Origin: Dipteris shenzhenensis
Lineage: Eukaryota
Length of the DNA stretch: 64,000 nucleotides
Strand: one strand, 5' to 3'
Assembly (NCBI GenBank): GCA_047967505.1
Contig: CM106538.1
Shown here: one piece after another, positions 63,136-64,000 of the stretch
Position numbering within the stretch: the first letter of the stretch is position 1
Layout of the letters: each line of letters opens with the position of its first letter
Program-made: the position numbers and the translations under genes
Notes under the pieces: model-generated
Told to the model about the DNA's origin: nothing
The model's input: only the letters and a program-made list of their open reading frames with translations
The model's database searches: none

Positions 63136-64000
63136 TAAATGGAGGGGGGAAGGGGGAGGGGGGAAATGGAGTTGGAGGGGGGAGGGGTGGTGGAGATGGA
63201 AGGGGAAATGGGAGGGGGTCGTGGAAATGGAGGGGGAGGGGGGAGGGGAGATGGAGATGGAGGGGGGAGGGGGGAGGGGGAGATGGGGATGGAGGGGGGA
63301 GGGGGGAGGGGGTGGTGGAGATGGAGGGGGGAGGGGGAGGGGGAGGTGGAAATGGAGGGGGGAGGGGGGAGGGAGTGGTGGAAATGGAGGGGGGAGAGGG
63401 GAGGGGGAGGTGGAAATGGAGGGGGGAGGGGGAGGGGATGGTGGAGATGGAGGGGGGAGGGGGGAGGGGGTGGTGGAGATGGAGGGGGAGGGCGAGGGGG
63501 AGAGTGGAAATGGAGGGGGGAGGGGGAGCAGGTGGTGGAAGTGGGGGGGGGAAAGAGAAGAAATAAAAAACTTGGACGGACAGAAATCGAAAGGGAGGGA
63601 GAGGTGATCACCGGAATGCTCTCCAAGTCTTTCTTGATGTAACGGGATTGTTGAGGAACAATGGACGGTGGGTGGATGGCTAGGTTATCGTTGCGAGATG
63701 GGCTCAAAGTCACTTACAATGTGAGGATGCGAGTAAGGTGGTGGTCGATGGAGAGGGAGGAGTGTCTTGCGTAGGGCTCGGAATGAAGAAGAGAATGGAG
63801 GCAAAAAGTGAAAGATGAAGAATGAGGGGGTGGAGTTGGTTTTTATAGGATTTGAGTTTAGGTTTAGGGTTTATGTTTAGGGTTTAACCCTAAACTCTTC
63901 CCGAGCCATAACTCTTTATGAATAGCTCGGTTTGCTTTTCTGAAAAAATAAATGATCGAAATTGCAAGCTCTACGCATTCGTGTCCACTACCTAGCTTGA
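63136..64000 (-). mobile_element. 5' leader of a minus-strand copy of the F/G gypsy family, probably the upstream part of F
   Basis: Diverged reverse complement of ~57170-57900, including the G-rich tract. Confidence 0.8.

Noticed and set aside
61467-63713. 699-aa and 249-aa ORFs spanning the N run
   Set aside because: They join unrelated sequence across an assembly gap. Only the part before 63035 is gypsy polyprotein.

Overview
Eukaryotic, plant-type repetitive DNA with GT-AG introns, tRNA-iMet and tRNA-Asp primer binding sites, and heavy C>T decay. A large-genome fern or similar plant is plausible but is only an inference. No intact host gene is recognisable. From ~13.6 kb onward the window is a nest of transposons: Ty1/copia elements at 13637-20357, 28009-33478 and 38261-45814, a non-autonomous LTR element at 40978-43318, a CACTA end from 47985, and two same-family Ty3/gypsy elements in opposite orientation from 51427, with a 100-N gap at 63036-63135. 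The most interesting part is the first ~21 kb, which holds a decayed cluster of spliced genes. These are a BAH-like gene (+), a six-exon histone H3 variant fused in frame to a Ulp1/C48 SUMO-protease-like domain (-), a RAG1/Transib-like DDE transposase (+), and a coiled-coil RING-H2-like gene (-). A 32-bp terminus-like sequence precedes both the BAH/H3-Ulp1 block (478) and the transposase block (7213). This suggests a large RAG1/Transib-type DNA transposon carrying chromatin-manipulating cargo. All domain calls were made by eye from translated motifs; no database search was run.
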